DNA from: the human T2T-CHM13v2.0 reference genome, Homo sapiens
Length of the DNA: 64,000 nucleotides
NCBI RefSeq assembly: GCF_009914755.1
Contig: NC_060930.1
Direction: 5' to 3' (one strand)
A program made the translations under genes and the position numbers. Shown one piece after another: positions 41,938 through 54,858 of this stretch. How positions within the stretch are numbered: position 1 is the first letter of the stretch; every line of letters starts with the position of its first letter. Below the pieces are notes generated by a model, which worked only from the letters and a program-made list of their open reading frames with translations, was not told the DNA's origin and did no database searches.

Positions 41938-43382
41938 CCGTGGTATACCACACAATCACTCATTTGAAAGATGTTTACATTCCTCTCTTTGTTGTATTCT
42001 GTAGTGTCCTACAATATAATATTCTTATACAAGTGTGCTACTTAAGACCAGCCCTCTGTTGAAATTAGTGAATGGGTAAAGATTAGTAAGAGGCTAAGGG
42101 ATAAGATCCAGGCAGCTGGTAGCAGCTGGGATGTTGTAATTTAACACAACTCACCGGCTTTCTTGCTATGGAGAAGATGCAGTAGTCAGAACATTGCAGG
42201 TGCCTATTGAATATTAAATAATCGTAATTTGTGATTTTTAAAAATTTGGTTGTAACAGACTATAGTTGAATATGAAATATCCTGTAGAAGGACAATGAAG
42301 ATCATTAATGTTAGGAAAGATATATGCTTTGTAACTAAACTACCAAAATAAGAATAATTACCTCTTACAAAAAGAGTAATGTAAATAAATTTATGGAAGC
42401 CAGAAAAATATATTCTTTTTTTCTATTATACCATTTTATAACTTCCCAAAGACCTGATTAATATTCCATAATTAAAAGTGAAAGAAACATAAAAAATGAT
42501 TTTTTTAAATACCATGGGCTTTTTGAATGCATTAAAGCAATTAAGCGTATTTAAAGTAAATAGAGCTAAAGAACAAAATTAGTGAGTTTGGGGTCAAGAA
42601 ATGAAGGAATTGGATCACTTAGATACTGATGACAATGAGTCTTGTCAACTTGCAACACAGACAGTTATTATTAATATCATTACACTTGATCTTGCCAAAA
42701 AAACCAAGAAGGAATTGTTAATATCATTAAATATGAAAAGTACTGTTATTCCTATTATAGTTCTAATACTAATAGCTCTTTATTAACCAGTATATGAGAT
42801 TTTGCCATGTCAAAGTTACTTATTCAATCTTAAGAGCCTTATAAAGTAATAAACAATCATTTTTTATTATTTAGTCTTTAGGGAATTTTTAGAAGTATGC
42901 TTCTAAAATTTTGAAAATAAAGAAACAACAAAAAAATACCAATAGTACTTACTACTCCAATAAAATCACTATTAATACTTTCATGTATTTCCTTTTACTC
43001 TTTTTTCCTATGCAGTTTTACACAGACACAATTCCAATATAGAAATATACATATACATAACCTGCATTTTCTGTTTCTGCCAAAAACAGTTTTCCACATT
43101 TCTTATCTTAATAATCAGCTTTTATAATTGTGTAATAGTCTAACAAGAGATTATACAATTTTCGACTTAATAATTAGCTCATTTTCAGATTTTTGCTATT
43201 AATATTATAAGACATTTGAATGCCTAAGAGCACAACCTAATGTTTAGTAGCAATATCAAATTTGTTTCTATCACTAATTAGCTGCATGGTATTAAATATA
43301 ATAATGTTTCTCCAACACCTCACACAGAAAGACACATGGTAAGTGCTCAATTACTGTTTGTTGAATAAATGAATGGACCTTG

Positions 43383-43592
43383 GTTATGGACTGAATTGTG
43401 TGTTCATGCACACACATGCAAAAAATCATATGTTGAAGTCCTAACCCTTAGTAGCTCAGAACGTGATTGTATTTGAAGATATGATGTTTAAAGAGGTAAT
43501 CAAGGTTAACTGATGTCATTGGAGTGAGCCCTAATCCAGTATGACCCATGTCCTCATTAGAAGGGGGTATTAGGACACAAACATGCATACAG
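43383..43592 (+). mobile_element. MLT1B-type LTR 5' half
   Basis: gttatggactgaattgtgt...catatgttgaagtcctaaccc...gccctaatccagtatgac...gtcctcat. Confidence 0.8.
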
Positions 43593-43735
43593 GAAATTCT
43601 GCCAGCAGACTGTCAGAATTAAACAAGAACTGCAACTCTTTTCTGGGTCTCCAGCCTGCCAGCCTAGCCTACAGATTTTGGACTTGCTAGCCTTACAATC
43701 ATGTCAGCTGATTTCTTAAAATAAATTCTCTCTCT
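43593..43735 (+). mobile_element. MLT2D-type LTR 3' half
   Basis: aattctgccagcagactg...aactgcaactcttttctgggtctccagcctgcc...cagattttggacttgc...cttaaaataaattctctctc. Confidence 0.8.
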
Positions 43736-43742
43736 CTGTCTC

Positions 43743-43781
<39 letters not shown>

Positions 43782-43808
43782 GCGTGTGTGTGTATGTGTG
43801 TGTGTGTT
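43727..43808. repeat. Compound microsatellite (TC)n(TG)n
   Basis: Direct reading. Confidence 0.95.
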
Positions 43809-43940
43809 AGTGCCATCATGGTGCCTACTTTATTTATATTAAGTAGTAGCACTTGCAGGTCCTCAGCACAGTGTGTGAATCTCAGTAGATACCACTCATC
43901 ACTATAAATACTACTGCAATGGGCAAGTTCATTCATTTAA

Positions 43941-44360
<420 letters not shown>

Positions 44361-45186
44361 CATAATATTTTTAAGTTATTGATACATAAAACAATTTTCC
44401 AAAGGATGGTGCCACGTGCAATATTATTGAATGCCTACCAAAACAGGATCACTGTTTAAGCCAGGCCTAATGTCTGCATTTTGAAAAATACACAATGAAG
44501 CAAATATTTTAAAATTTCAAGTATTAGAAAAAACAATCAAAGTGTTATTTCATTGTCCCTTTATTCTTTATGCAAAACAGTATTACAGTACAGCACGCAA
44601 ATATTACCACACAGATTTAAGCTGTCTGATTATAATTATTTTGTAGGTCCAAAATAATAAACCCCTCAAAACTGGGGTTCTATTACAACCTGGAGGATTT
44701 CTTTCCATCCCTTAAAAATTCTTCTAGGAAATGTGAGTGACAGCAAAGACATAATGTCACTTGAGGTGTCATTAAACCGCAAACTGGCAAATATTTTGAG
44801 CAATGCTTTCTCAATGGAAGTTTGCAAGCCTTACAAAGTATAAATACTTATTGTTGCAATGATGCAAAATTTGTCTTTCTGAGGAAGGTGCATTGAAGTC
44901 TTTGTGGGAGTTACTTCAGAATAATAGGAAAAGTCACAGATTTTCTTTTCCCAAAGACGAGAGAAAATAAATATATTGAGGGCATTATGAAGCCTTCAAG
45001 ACTAAAAAAGAAATTTAACCACAGTCTCCTAGACCAACAACCAGTTTTGAAGATGCTGCTTCTAGTATTAGGTATTGTTAATTTTAGGGAAAATAAATTC
45101 AGTAGCTAAGACATTACATTTTTGTTTTTTAATTTGCATTTATTTGATTCTGATAAGAAAGATCCTTATCTATGAATTTACTAACT

Positions 45187-45449
45187 ACACTCAGCCCTTC
45201 ATATCCTCCAGTTCTGCATCCTGTATTCAACCAATGGCAGATGGGAAATATTTGGGAATAAAAAACAATAACAATACAACAGCTAAAAATACAAATAAAA
45301 ATCAATAAAGTATAACTACTATTTACATACCACTTACATTGTATTAGATATTATAAGTAATCTAGAGATTATGTGCATGGGCTATGCACCATTATACCAT
45401 TTTATATAAGGGACTTGAGTATCCCCAGATTTTGGTATTCACAGGGTCC
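45187..45449. mobile_element. MER2-type TcMar-Tigger DNA element
   Basis: ttctgcatcc...attcaaccaa...ttacattgtattagatattataagtaatctagagat...ccattttatataagggacttgagtatcc...gattttggtattc. Confidence 0.85.
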
Positions 45450-45574
45450 AGGTTTGTGATTGGGAGGCCACAAGTCAATGCTGAAATGTCATGAGGAAGT
45501 CACTTGGCCACTCTGAGCCTTAACTTTCCTGTCTGCAAAATGAAAACAAAAAAATGAATTCAATGATTGCAGAG

Positions 45575-46440
45575 TACTCCACTAAGGACAACTTATTTGC
45601 AAAGAACAGAGGCTCTCTCAAAATAGTTTAAGTAGAAGGATGAGATTTTTGCTAATGTGTGTTGAATCTCTAACTGTTGTATGGGCTCTCTGTCTGTTTC
45701 TCAACTACTCAGCTTTACTTGTCTAGGCTTCTGTTGTGTTTTGGCCTCATCCTTTTACTATTGGCAACCTCTCAACACATGGCAGAAAGGAGCTCCTTTG
45801 GAAACCTACATCCCTTATTGCTCATGCTTCAAAACGTAGAGAGAGCTTTTTCTCCCAGTGTCCATATGCCAAATCTAGGAGGAACCCTCACTGGGTCACA
45901 TGCCCATCCCTGGACCAAAAGGCCAGAAAGACACTACAATTAACAGTCTCACCAGAGTTCATAAGTTGCAGAAGAAATGAGTGCTAAGCAGACCAAAATT
46001 GGGAGGGAGGAGTCCACCATAGACTCACACGGGGTATGAAGAGCAGGAGCACAGAAAAATAGTCAGGCAACTACCTTCTTTGATGGTCAGTCTCTGGGTC
46101 CGCAGGCACTCCCAATCTACTTCTTTTTGAGCATGTGCTCCTTTGTCCTCTCTGAAAAAAATAAAAAATAAATAATAAAGCCTTTTCTTGAAAACTGCTG
46201 TTTCTGACTTTCCATGACATTGACTTCCACATGGCTCTGACTCCCCCTGAGGCTGACACTGGCCCACACAATGTGACAGTGCAGCACAGCTCCCCACGGC
46301 CCCTGACTGCCCCAGAATCTGTGTCCCAATTCTAAATTTCCAAGAGAAAGAATATGACTGAAGTTGGGTGAGGGGTCTGGTTAAGTTAAATTTACCTCTG
46401 CAGTGCTACCAGAGGGTGGAATATTCTGGGAAGGAAATGT
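45575..46440. mobile_element. Very old MaLR LTR fragments (MLT1M/N/O-like)
   Basis: ttgcaaagaacagagg...ctcaaaatagtttaagtagaagg; ctgggtcacatgcccatccctggacca; aattctaaatttccaagagaaagaatatgactg. Confidence 0.45.
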
Positions 46441-46485
46441 GTCTCCTCTCATCCTGTTCTACTCACATCCTCTCTCACTATGATA

Positions 46486-46487
<2 letters not shown>

Positions 46488-46519
<32 letters not shown>
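46488..46519. repeat. (CA)n microsatellite
   Basis: Direct reading. Confidence 0.95.
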
Positions 46520-46520
<1 letters not shown>

Positions 46521-46625
46521 GTGTCTTACAGATTCTCTAAGCACAACGTCTGTCTTGCCTCAAAGCTTTCCATGTACTGTAGCTTCTGCCAAGAATGTTC
46601 TTTCTTTCAAAATCTTTATGACATC

Positions 46626-46989
46626 CAGTCATTCACCATAATGATGGTTCAGGCAGCAACAGACCACATGTATGATGGTAGTCTGGTAGTCGCATAAGAT
46701 TATAATACAGTATCTCTACTGTACCGTTTCTATGTTAGATACGTTTAGATTCCCAAATACTTCTCATTGTGTTACAATTGCCTACAGTATTCAGTACAGG
46801 AACATACTGCACAGGTTTGTAGCCTAGAAGCAACAGACTATACCATACAGCCTGGGCATGTAATAGACTGTACCATCTAGGTTTAGGATTGTGTAAGTAA
46901 GTGAACTCCATAATGTTCACAAAATGATGAAATCACCTAAGGACACATTTCTCAGAATATATCTCCATCATTTAGCAACACATGGCTGT
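46626..46989. mobile_element. Tigger3a (MER7-type) non-autonomous DNA transposon
   Basis: cagtcat...cataagattataatac...cattgtgttacaattgcctacagtattcagtacag...catttctcagaatatatctccatcatt...catggctg. Confidence 0.85.
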
Positions 46990-47079
46990 TTCATCTTAAA
47001 TATCACCTTTTCAGATAGGCCTTTCTTGCTCACATAATTTAGAGATACCTCCTGAAATTCAGTAGCATTATACCATGTG

Positions 47080-47083
<4 letters not shown>

Positions 47084-47130
<47 letters not shown>
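47084..47130. repeat. (TG)n microsatellite
   Basis: Direct reading. Confidence 0.97.
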
Positions 47131-47135
<5 letters not shown>

Positions 47136-48534
47136 CTGTTAACTGTCTATTCTTCTCTCCCTTACTGGTCTGCAAACTTAAATACCAAAAAACCGTAAAT
47201 TTTATTTTTTCTGAAACTTTATTCTTTTTAGTCTTTATTCCTCTAAGAAGCAGAAACCTAACATAAGTCAATTTCCCTAGAGTTGCAACCATGTTCTATT
47301 GGGGTGTGGGGTGCAGGGAAGCATTGAGTGGGGGTCAGCTGTTCTTCAATATCATCATCTCTCCACGTTGGAGTCTGGTGGAATGACTTTAATCTAGTCT
47401 GATATTTAATCATCCATTCATTTCACTGGTGTATCCTCCCTAATTTCCATTTGCAAGTTGTCTAAGATAGTATCTTCAAAATTAAAGTTTTCTCATGAAC
47501 ATATTAGTTTAATAACAGGTTGCTTATCTAATTGAGAAAAGAGAAAATCACCCAGTATATCATGAAAATTATTTTCTTTCTTTGAATGGCTAAGAATTGA
47601 CACCATTAAGGCGGCTGTGTGTTGCAAGAAGTGGGGGGACTTGTAGCACAAGAGTTGGTCCACAGATTGCATTTAAAGCACTATAAACCCTATAATTTTT
47701 ACTAAGGCAAAATATTTGGGAAAATATACAGTACTATGAGAACACACAGTATGAAGCTGTCAGTGGTAACAAAGACTCTAAGCGTCTAGTGCGCCTTAAT
47801 AAAATTTCATATGATCTAAATTTCTTTTGCAATCAATGAGCTACTTAAATAGATTGTATTTGCCTGCCTTGTACAGCATTATTTCTGCCAGCCAGTTGCT
47901 ATAATTAATTTGTTTTCATCAGTGAAAGTAATGAGCTGTCATTTATTTCGCTTTTCAATTTATTCTCAACTCATTATGTATTGACAGTGTGTTCAGGGCT
48001 TCTTAAAGCTGGCTTCTACTATGACACAAAGAAAGGAGGTTCCTTTATTTTCAGACTGCGTTTGAATGGCATATCTGGCTACCTTTCATAAGGGGCATAT
48101 GAAAGCTCAGGATACTGAAAGAGTTAATATTTTTCACTGGGTTATTTTAATCTATACAAATTACTTACAAAATTTGATGACTACTTTTTTTAAGTAACGA
48201 GGTAGGTGGGAATATATGTTCCTTCAACTTTGGAAGTTGATTTTCTTGTGTCCAATTCTCTCTAAGCAGTATTCACAATCCAACTAAATAATGATATTTA
48301 AAATAATACAATTTGGTCTTCTAATTATATTACATTATTATTTCTTAACCTACTTTGAAAATAGAACACAAATGGTTCATGATGAATCAAAATTTTAACT
48401 CTTTCATAATCAGGAGTGTGTGTACCAAGATACTACACAGGACACAAAGCAAAGCTGGCCTCTTAGTGTAACTGTCCTACTAATGAGAAAATTCACTCTC
48501 ATAATAACAAAAAGAGAATTGTTATTCTGGTATT

Positions 48535-48990
48535 CTGCATGGTCAGGTAGGAAGAACGTGGAATTTAGATTCAAATATCCTGGAGTTGACTCTTATCAAA
48601 CTTCTGGGGACCTCACAATGAATAAGGTGATAAAGATTATTGTATGGAAAGAACCTACGAGAGTACCCACTGTACCAAAAATACCTTCCTGGACCATAAC
48701 ATGGGGGAACAAATGCCAGCACAGAGGCAGTGGAATTAAAAGCACAGACTCTAGGATATGATTGCTCTAAATAAGAGACTGCTCTCTGTACTTACTGGCT
48801 ATCTGAACTCAGACAGGTTAAAACTCTCACTTTGCCTCAGAGTTTTATCAACTATAAACTAAAACTAATAAAATAGTACCACTCTCATAGAGTTGTGAGG
48901 ATTTAATGAGTTATTTCATGCAAGGTTCTGAAGACTTTGTGTGGGATGCAGTAAGAATTAGATGAATACTCACTATGACTATAATGATGC
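48535..48990 (+). mobile_element. Two MIR copies
   Basis: gcagtggaattaaaagcacagactctagga...cacttgcc/ctcagagttttatcaactataaa...aatagtacc...catagagttgtgaggatttaatgag. Confidence 0.8.
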
Positions 48991-49092
48991 TGATGGCTAA
49001 AAGCCATGGTTTGATACTGAATCACCCTCTACTTCACTTCAGTTCTGCTCTGTGGTTCTGATTGCTGCTCCCCAAAAGCCTCCTACTTCCTG

Positions 49093-49154
49093 TGGTTCCT
49101 GCTTTATGGAGTGCAATTGATGATGGTTTCTGCTCTATGGAGTGTAATTGATGA
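49093..49154. repeat. 31-bp tandem duplication (2 copies)
   Basis: tggttcctgctttatggagtgcaattgatga vs tggtttctgctctatggagtgtaattgatga, 28/31 identical. Confidence 0.93.
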
Positions 49155-49189
49155 CTGTGGGCTAAACTGTGTTAAAATTCATGACATTT

Positions 49190-49940
49190 TAAGTGTTTGT
49201 GTTTTCCTAATTGTAAAAGAGTAACATATACTTGTTGTAGAAAATTAATGTATATGCAATTAACAATTATATAGTAATATAAAATAATTTCTATAAAAGT
49301 ATAAAGAGAAAAATTAAAATTAAACAAAGTAGGGTTTATATTTTATATATTTCTTGCTATGTTTTGCTAGGCATACAGACAGATGCTCATAGTTTGCATT
49401 ATTAAATATACACACAGAGAGATCTGTATATCTTGATTTGTTAATCTTTAATCATGAGCATTGCTCAAAGTTGTTAAATTTTATTAAAGATTAATGTTGA
49501 TAGCCACATAATAGTCCATCATTACAATTAATTCACCAGTATTCCACAGTTAAATATTGAGGTTATTATCACATTTTTGTTAGTATAAATTACACTACAA
49601 GAAACATCTTTGTCCTTAAATATTTGTCCATATTATCATCATTTACTTTTACCGTATTTCCAGAAATGAACTTAATGCATTAAAACACATTAAATATCTT
49701 GATTGAAATAATTTCTAGAAATTTTATAACATTTTCACTACTTTAGTGGAAAAACAGTATCATAATTGATTTTCAATTATTTTATTACAAGTGGAATTGA
49801 ACAATTTTCAGCTATTTCTTTATACTTTGGATTTCTTCTGTTGTCTATGTCTTTTGCCTGATTTTCTATAGAAAAATCTCTATTTTATATTGTCCTTTGC
49901 CTAATTAGCACCATTGTTAGTGTTTTCCCTATTGAATTGT
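49190..49940 (-). mobile_element. Very old L1ME-type fragments
   Basis: AT-rich; tagtccatc...aatttaatt...aaatattgaggtt...aacatctttgt; ggatttcttctg...tcttttgcc...ttttctat. Confidence 0.55.
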
Positions 49941-51734
49941 AAGCAGGGGGACACACTTTCTCACTCATGCTAGTTCCCTCTGTGCGGATGGAGCTCCACT
50001 GCCAACCACTTCTGGCACTCTTGCCCTCATGGTCCTTCTAGCCCTAGGGATGAGGAATGGCTGATTGGTGAGTTTGGGGTAAGGAACTGAGCATGTGCAG
50101 CTTAACTCTTTCCACAGTGTCCCTGTCCGGCTGTTACAGATACCATAAGTGCTCGTCTCGTCTCATCTGTTCTTCTTTGCTGTAAGTTTTAAAGGAACAG
50201 CTTAATTTGGGAGGCATAGGGCTTTCCAGGACTGCCTGGGACCCAGTGCACAGGTCTGCCTAGTTCTAATGTTCAAAGTTAGAAAGCCCACTGTTGCCAC
50301 TCACAGAGGTCACCCAAAACCCTTCCTCAGTAATAGAAGTAATATTTTGCTCTCTGTCTTTCACTGTTTTGTCTCTCCAATTGGTTCAATCTTGGGTAGA
50401 GAAAGCAAGGTGTCATTCATTGGGCATCCTAAAACTCCAAAATCTGTTTGAAACTTGAAAAATATATATATACAAAGCTGAATTTGAGGGACAAAGTAAC
50501 AATAAAAGATTGGACACTGGAGCAGAAAGTGGAGAGTTTAAAACTGCATGGATTTGTTTTTCCTTGACATGTCACTGAAGTTTATGGAAACTTTGTTCAC
50601 AGGCAAGTAGTTGTTTTGTACCTCTTCACTGGGTTTAGGAATATTCAAGCAGGCCTCAGCAAAAGCACAGGGTGCCTTGGTCTCAGCATATCTCAATTTC
50701 TCAGGCTGCTGGGCATCTGCAGGTGCATACTGCCATTGCTTCACATTGAAACCACACAGGCACCTTAGCAAAAAAATGCAGTTTGAGGGGTGGAGGGAAC
50801 CCGAGCAGGTACGGGCGGCCATGGGGCCATAGTAAGCGGAGGACTTGATTACACAGGAAAGTGTTCTCATGTCATGCTTTTTAGATATTTGGGAGTTGTA
50901 TAAATTATTTGATGCTTTCACTTGGGTTTTTTTTGTATTGTTTTGCCAATTAGATCAAATCTTAAATTACAACTGTGTTCTACAGAAACTACAGAAAAAT
51001 AGTGTGGAATCTTAGCTTGAACTTGTTAATGTGAGGCCAAAGTAGAGAGTGGCATAGATTTCTCCAAATACTGTGATGTTTCATGTCATTCGGAATTTCA
51101 TTCATGAAAAATAGGAGATAGTGGAGGAGCTACGCTTGGATATAAGCTTAGCTTAGCTAAGCTCTTGTCCACAAATGCTTAAAACTCTATCCCTCATATA
51201 ATCTCAAGTTGGCTCTGGATTTTTTAATTGCATAAGTTCTGAAATGGCTTAAAAATGGTGTAAGACACAAGTTGTAGCTGAATTCACAGAAGAGTGGTTT
51301 ATTTCACCAAAAAAATAAAAATAAAAATAAATAGGGCCTTTAGTATAGAAACAAATGCTAACTTCTTAGGCTCAACTGAAATATTGCAGAACCAAGAAAA
51401 AAGGTAATTTAAAAGGCCTGTGCTTGAAACATTCTGCCTCTAGGAATCAAGTTTGCTCAGAAGTCAAGGAAGACTTGACAGTGGCTTTTTAAAAAATTGG
51501 TTCAGCCTTCATCTCGGAACAGAAGCAGTAGAAACATGAAAATAAATCAAGAAAGACAGACTAATTAAACTGGAGGAAGAAAAATAATCCTCAGGGGAAA
51601 GGTTAAGCTCTGAGGAAATGGGTTATGTGGATATTAAAGGAAACATAAGGTCTTGAAGGCCAGAATAGATCAATAATGATGAGAATATAAAATAAATAAT
51701 AGTGTTATATGATAATAAATTAATAATAAAGGAG

Positions 51735-51845
51735 CATTACACCCAGGTGTTGTGAGGATAAAATGAATTAACATATGGAAACTCCTTAGAGCAGTGCCTG
51801 TATGTGGTAAATGCTCTACCTGGGTCATCTGGTGCCATTATTATC
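51735..51845 (+). mobile_element. MIR 3' part
   Basis: gttgtgaggataaaatgaattaacatatggaaactccttagagcagtgcctg. Confidence 0.75.
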
Positions 51846-52374
51846 AGTACTGTTAAGTTTAGAGGAGTAAAGATACGGGCATAATAAGCAGAATAAACTG
51901 TTAGACACCAGGGCAGAAAAGAGAATAAGGATATGTTAGTAGAAACTCTCTCACTTTGGCCAAAAACAACAGAGAATTAAAGCTAGTCAAGGCTTCCGAC
52001 ATCCAAGAACTGAGGAGCAGTGGTACTCTGGGGAATAGGGGCAGAGGCATAGGTCCTCACCGGGCTCTCAGGTATTTCTATTCAGAAATCTGAGGCGATT
52101 CTCCAGCTGAAACAACGAGGGATTGGAGGGATCCCATCTTTCCTGGGAGTGAGTCTTCCTAAGTGAAAGCAGTTTCATAAGAAGAGATAGGGATCATATC
52201 CCCTGTGGCCAATGACCCACATACCCACTCACGTGACAGAGCAGTGCCCTCCAGAGGAATCCCACCCTCACTACATTCTGGGGACCATAAACACCATTTT
52301 TGGTCTTAGCACTCTATTTTGTAGTTGTTGTAGTTACCTTAGCCTTTTGCCTTCATTTTCCTTATTTAGTTAAT

Positions 52375-52495
52375 GGTTCTGCCTGTTGCACTCTAAACTC
52401 CACTGGAACATAACCTGGGTCTGTCTTGTTCATTCCCAAATTTCTAACACTTAGCACAATGCCTAGCGTATACTTGTTGAACAGATAAATACATG
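52375..52495 (+). mobile_element. L2 3' end
   Basis: taaactccactgg...gtctgtcttgttca...cacttagcacaatgcctagc...acttgttgaacagataaat. Confidence 0.7.
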
Positions 52496-53350
52496 GGATA
52501 GCTATTGAAGATGCTAAAGAGTTTTCTTCAGTTTCCTTTTGGTCCTGATCATTTCAAAGCACATGATTAAAAATATAATTACACTTTGGAATTTTAAATT
52601 TATATTATTTTCCCATTCTTCCTATATATTGAACATAAGCTTCATGTTCTAATGAGGGAGTAGTAGGTCACAAACTCAGTTGCCTGCGGGGACACTGAGT
52701 TAACACAGATGACTAAAATGATCGGCCTAAAAAACTGTAGGGCCAAAACTGTCTAGCTCCAAACCTAATACCTAATTATATTTGTTCTTGGTTATGGTCA
52801 CATCTTCCTACTTCATTTCATCTCTCTCTCCCTCTCTCTGTCTCTCTGTCTCTCTCTGTCTCTATTTCAGACATTGTCTATAAAAGGATAGTAGAGACTA
52901 AAGTCAAAATTATCCCCCCTTTTTTCAGACAGGGCTTGCCTTTCCTCTGTCTGGCAAATAAGGTGAGGGGCCGATCACCTGGTTCTAATCAGGAGTTGAG
53001 CTGACTTGGGATGGATGCAGCTTTAGAGAAAACCCAGCTCGCTTCATGTTGGAGATTGTGTTTATTACAGGTCTCTCCTCTAGCAGAGCTTCATCTACCG
53101 AAGCCCCTGAAAACTGGGGTAAATTTGCCTTTGTTTTTCTCTCCAGGCCCCATCCTTCCTGTTCCTCAGCACTTAGCAGACATATGCATCTGTGGTTCCT
53201 CTAGATTCCAATCAGAGTCACCCCATTGTTAGGTTTGGCCAGGGGAGAGCGAGGGGAAATTATGTAAGCTAGTTCTGAGCAGAAGCTTGAAAAACCACTG
53301 AATATTTCCATGCATATACTTTTTTCCCTCTGCCATGAGACTGGCATGTC

Positions 53351-54615
53351 TGTGTTCGTTTCTTAGACCTGCCAGATAAGGTACCCACAAAACTGGGGCT
53401 CAAATAACATAAATTTATTGCCTCACAGTTCCGGAGCCTAGAAGTCCACAATCAAGAAGTTCAAAGGATTGGTTCTTTCCGAGGACTGTGAGGGAAAGAT
53501 CTGTCCAGGCCTCTCGCCTTGGCTTGTGGATGGCCGTCTTCTCCCTGTGTCTCTGCACATCATCTTTCCTGTAAACCAAAAATAAAATTCTAAACCCCCA
53601 ACCAACTGAATAGACCCCTCCTCTCACCAAGGGCATTCCAATTAAGCTGAAAAACCAGTTCAGGCCATGATGGGAAATAGGGGTAAGATGTGCCTCATTA
53701 TACCTTCCTCCCGTTGGAATTCAGGCACAGCTGACCAGCATTAACATCAGCACAGAGACCTGAAGACTGATGAAACACTTTTGTAGCCGTAAGACGCCAA
53801 ATTCCAGCCTGATTCTAGTGTCGCATCACTTGACAGATCATTGGTACACCCTGAAAGAAATAGAAGTATTTTACCCCAAAATATATTTCTTTGACATATT
53901 TTGAAATGGCTCTGCAAAGGTATCTCTTGTGGGGAAAATCTACATTCTGTAGGGAATCCCTGTTCCTTTCCAGGTTTCTTCCCTGACTCAGGAGAGAATT
54001 AACAGAGTCTGGCACCGATTTAGGTCTGATAAGAGCTCTGAAGCCTGCTACCTGGAGGCTCCATCTGCGTGAAAAAACCTTGTTCTCACAACCCCTTATC
54101 TTAACCCAGACATTTCTTTCTATTGATTCCAGGTCTTAATAACTCTTTCAACCAATTGCCAATCAGAAAATCTTTGAGTACACCTATCACCTGGAAGCCC
54201 CCACTTTGTCTTGCCTTTCCAGAAAGAACCAATGTACATCTTACATGTATTGATGATGTCTTATGTCTCCCTAAATTGTATAAAACCAAGCTGTAGCCCT
54301 GCCACCTTGGGCACATGTTCTCAGGGTATCCTGGGGCTGTGTCACAGGCCGCTGGTCACTTATATTTGGCTCAAAATAAATCTCTTCAAATATTTTACAG
54401 AATTTGACTCTTTAGATCAACATGCCTCTGTGTGTGTCTGTCTCTGTGTCCAAATTTCCCCATTTTATAAAGACACCGTTCATATTGCATTAGGGCCTAT
54501 CTTACCTAATTGTATCTGCAATGACTCTCTTTCCAAATCAGGTCACATTCTGAGGTACTAGGGATTAGAGCTTCATCATATGAATTTGGAGGGGATCATA
54601 ATTCAACCCATAACA
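53351..54615 (-). mobile_element. MLT1B-type LTR (split by MER4)
   Basis: aaatttattgcctcacagttccggag...gtcacattctgaggtactagggattag...aattcaacccataaca; TSD (a/g)tgtc at 53346-53350 and 54616-54620. Confidence 0.88.
53570..54422 (+). mobile_element. MER4-group ERV1 solo LTR (MER4B/D/E-like)
   Basis: tgtaaaccaaaaataaaattctaa...gttcaggccatgatggga...aataaatctcttcaaatattttacaga...tcaaca; 4-bp TSD t(t/g)cc. Confidence 0.9.
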
Positions 54616-54858
54616 GTGTCAGAAATTACAACTGCTTTTTCATCCTGAATCCAGGAATGAAGAAGACATGTAGAGCAAAGCCTTCAGGGCCTTACAGACC
54701 CATAGTTGACATGCAACATTAGACATAAATAAACCTGTATTATTGCAGGCCACTGAAAATTCAGGGGTGGTTTGTTACCACTGCCTTACTTAGTGAAAAT
54801 TACTTAACACAGCATCTAATATGCATTAACTCAATGTATTTCTTTTGGTTTCAGTTAG

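Larger units (their letters stand above)
53320..54812 (+). mobile_element. Old MLT1I/J-type LTR (pieces ~53320-53350 and 54616-54812) split by nested insertions
   Basis: ttccctctgccatgagactggcatgtc ... aaataaacctgtattattgcaggccactgaaaattcaggggtggtttgttacc...taacaca. Confidence 0.6.

Noticed and set aside
51145-51165. 14-bp palindrome agcttagctaagct
   Set aside because: Low-complexity agctt repeat; a palindrome this short is unremarkable on its own.
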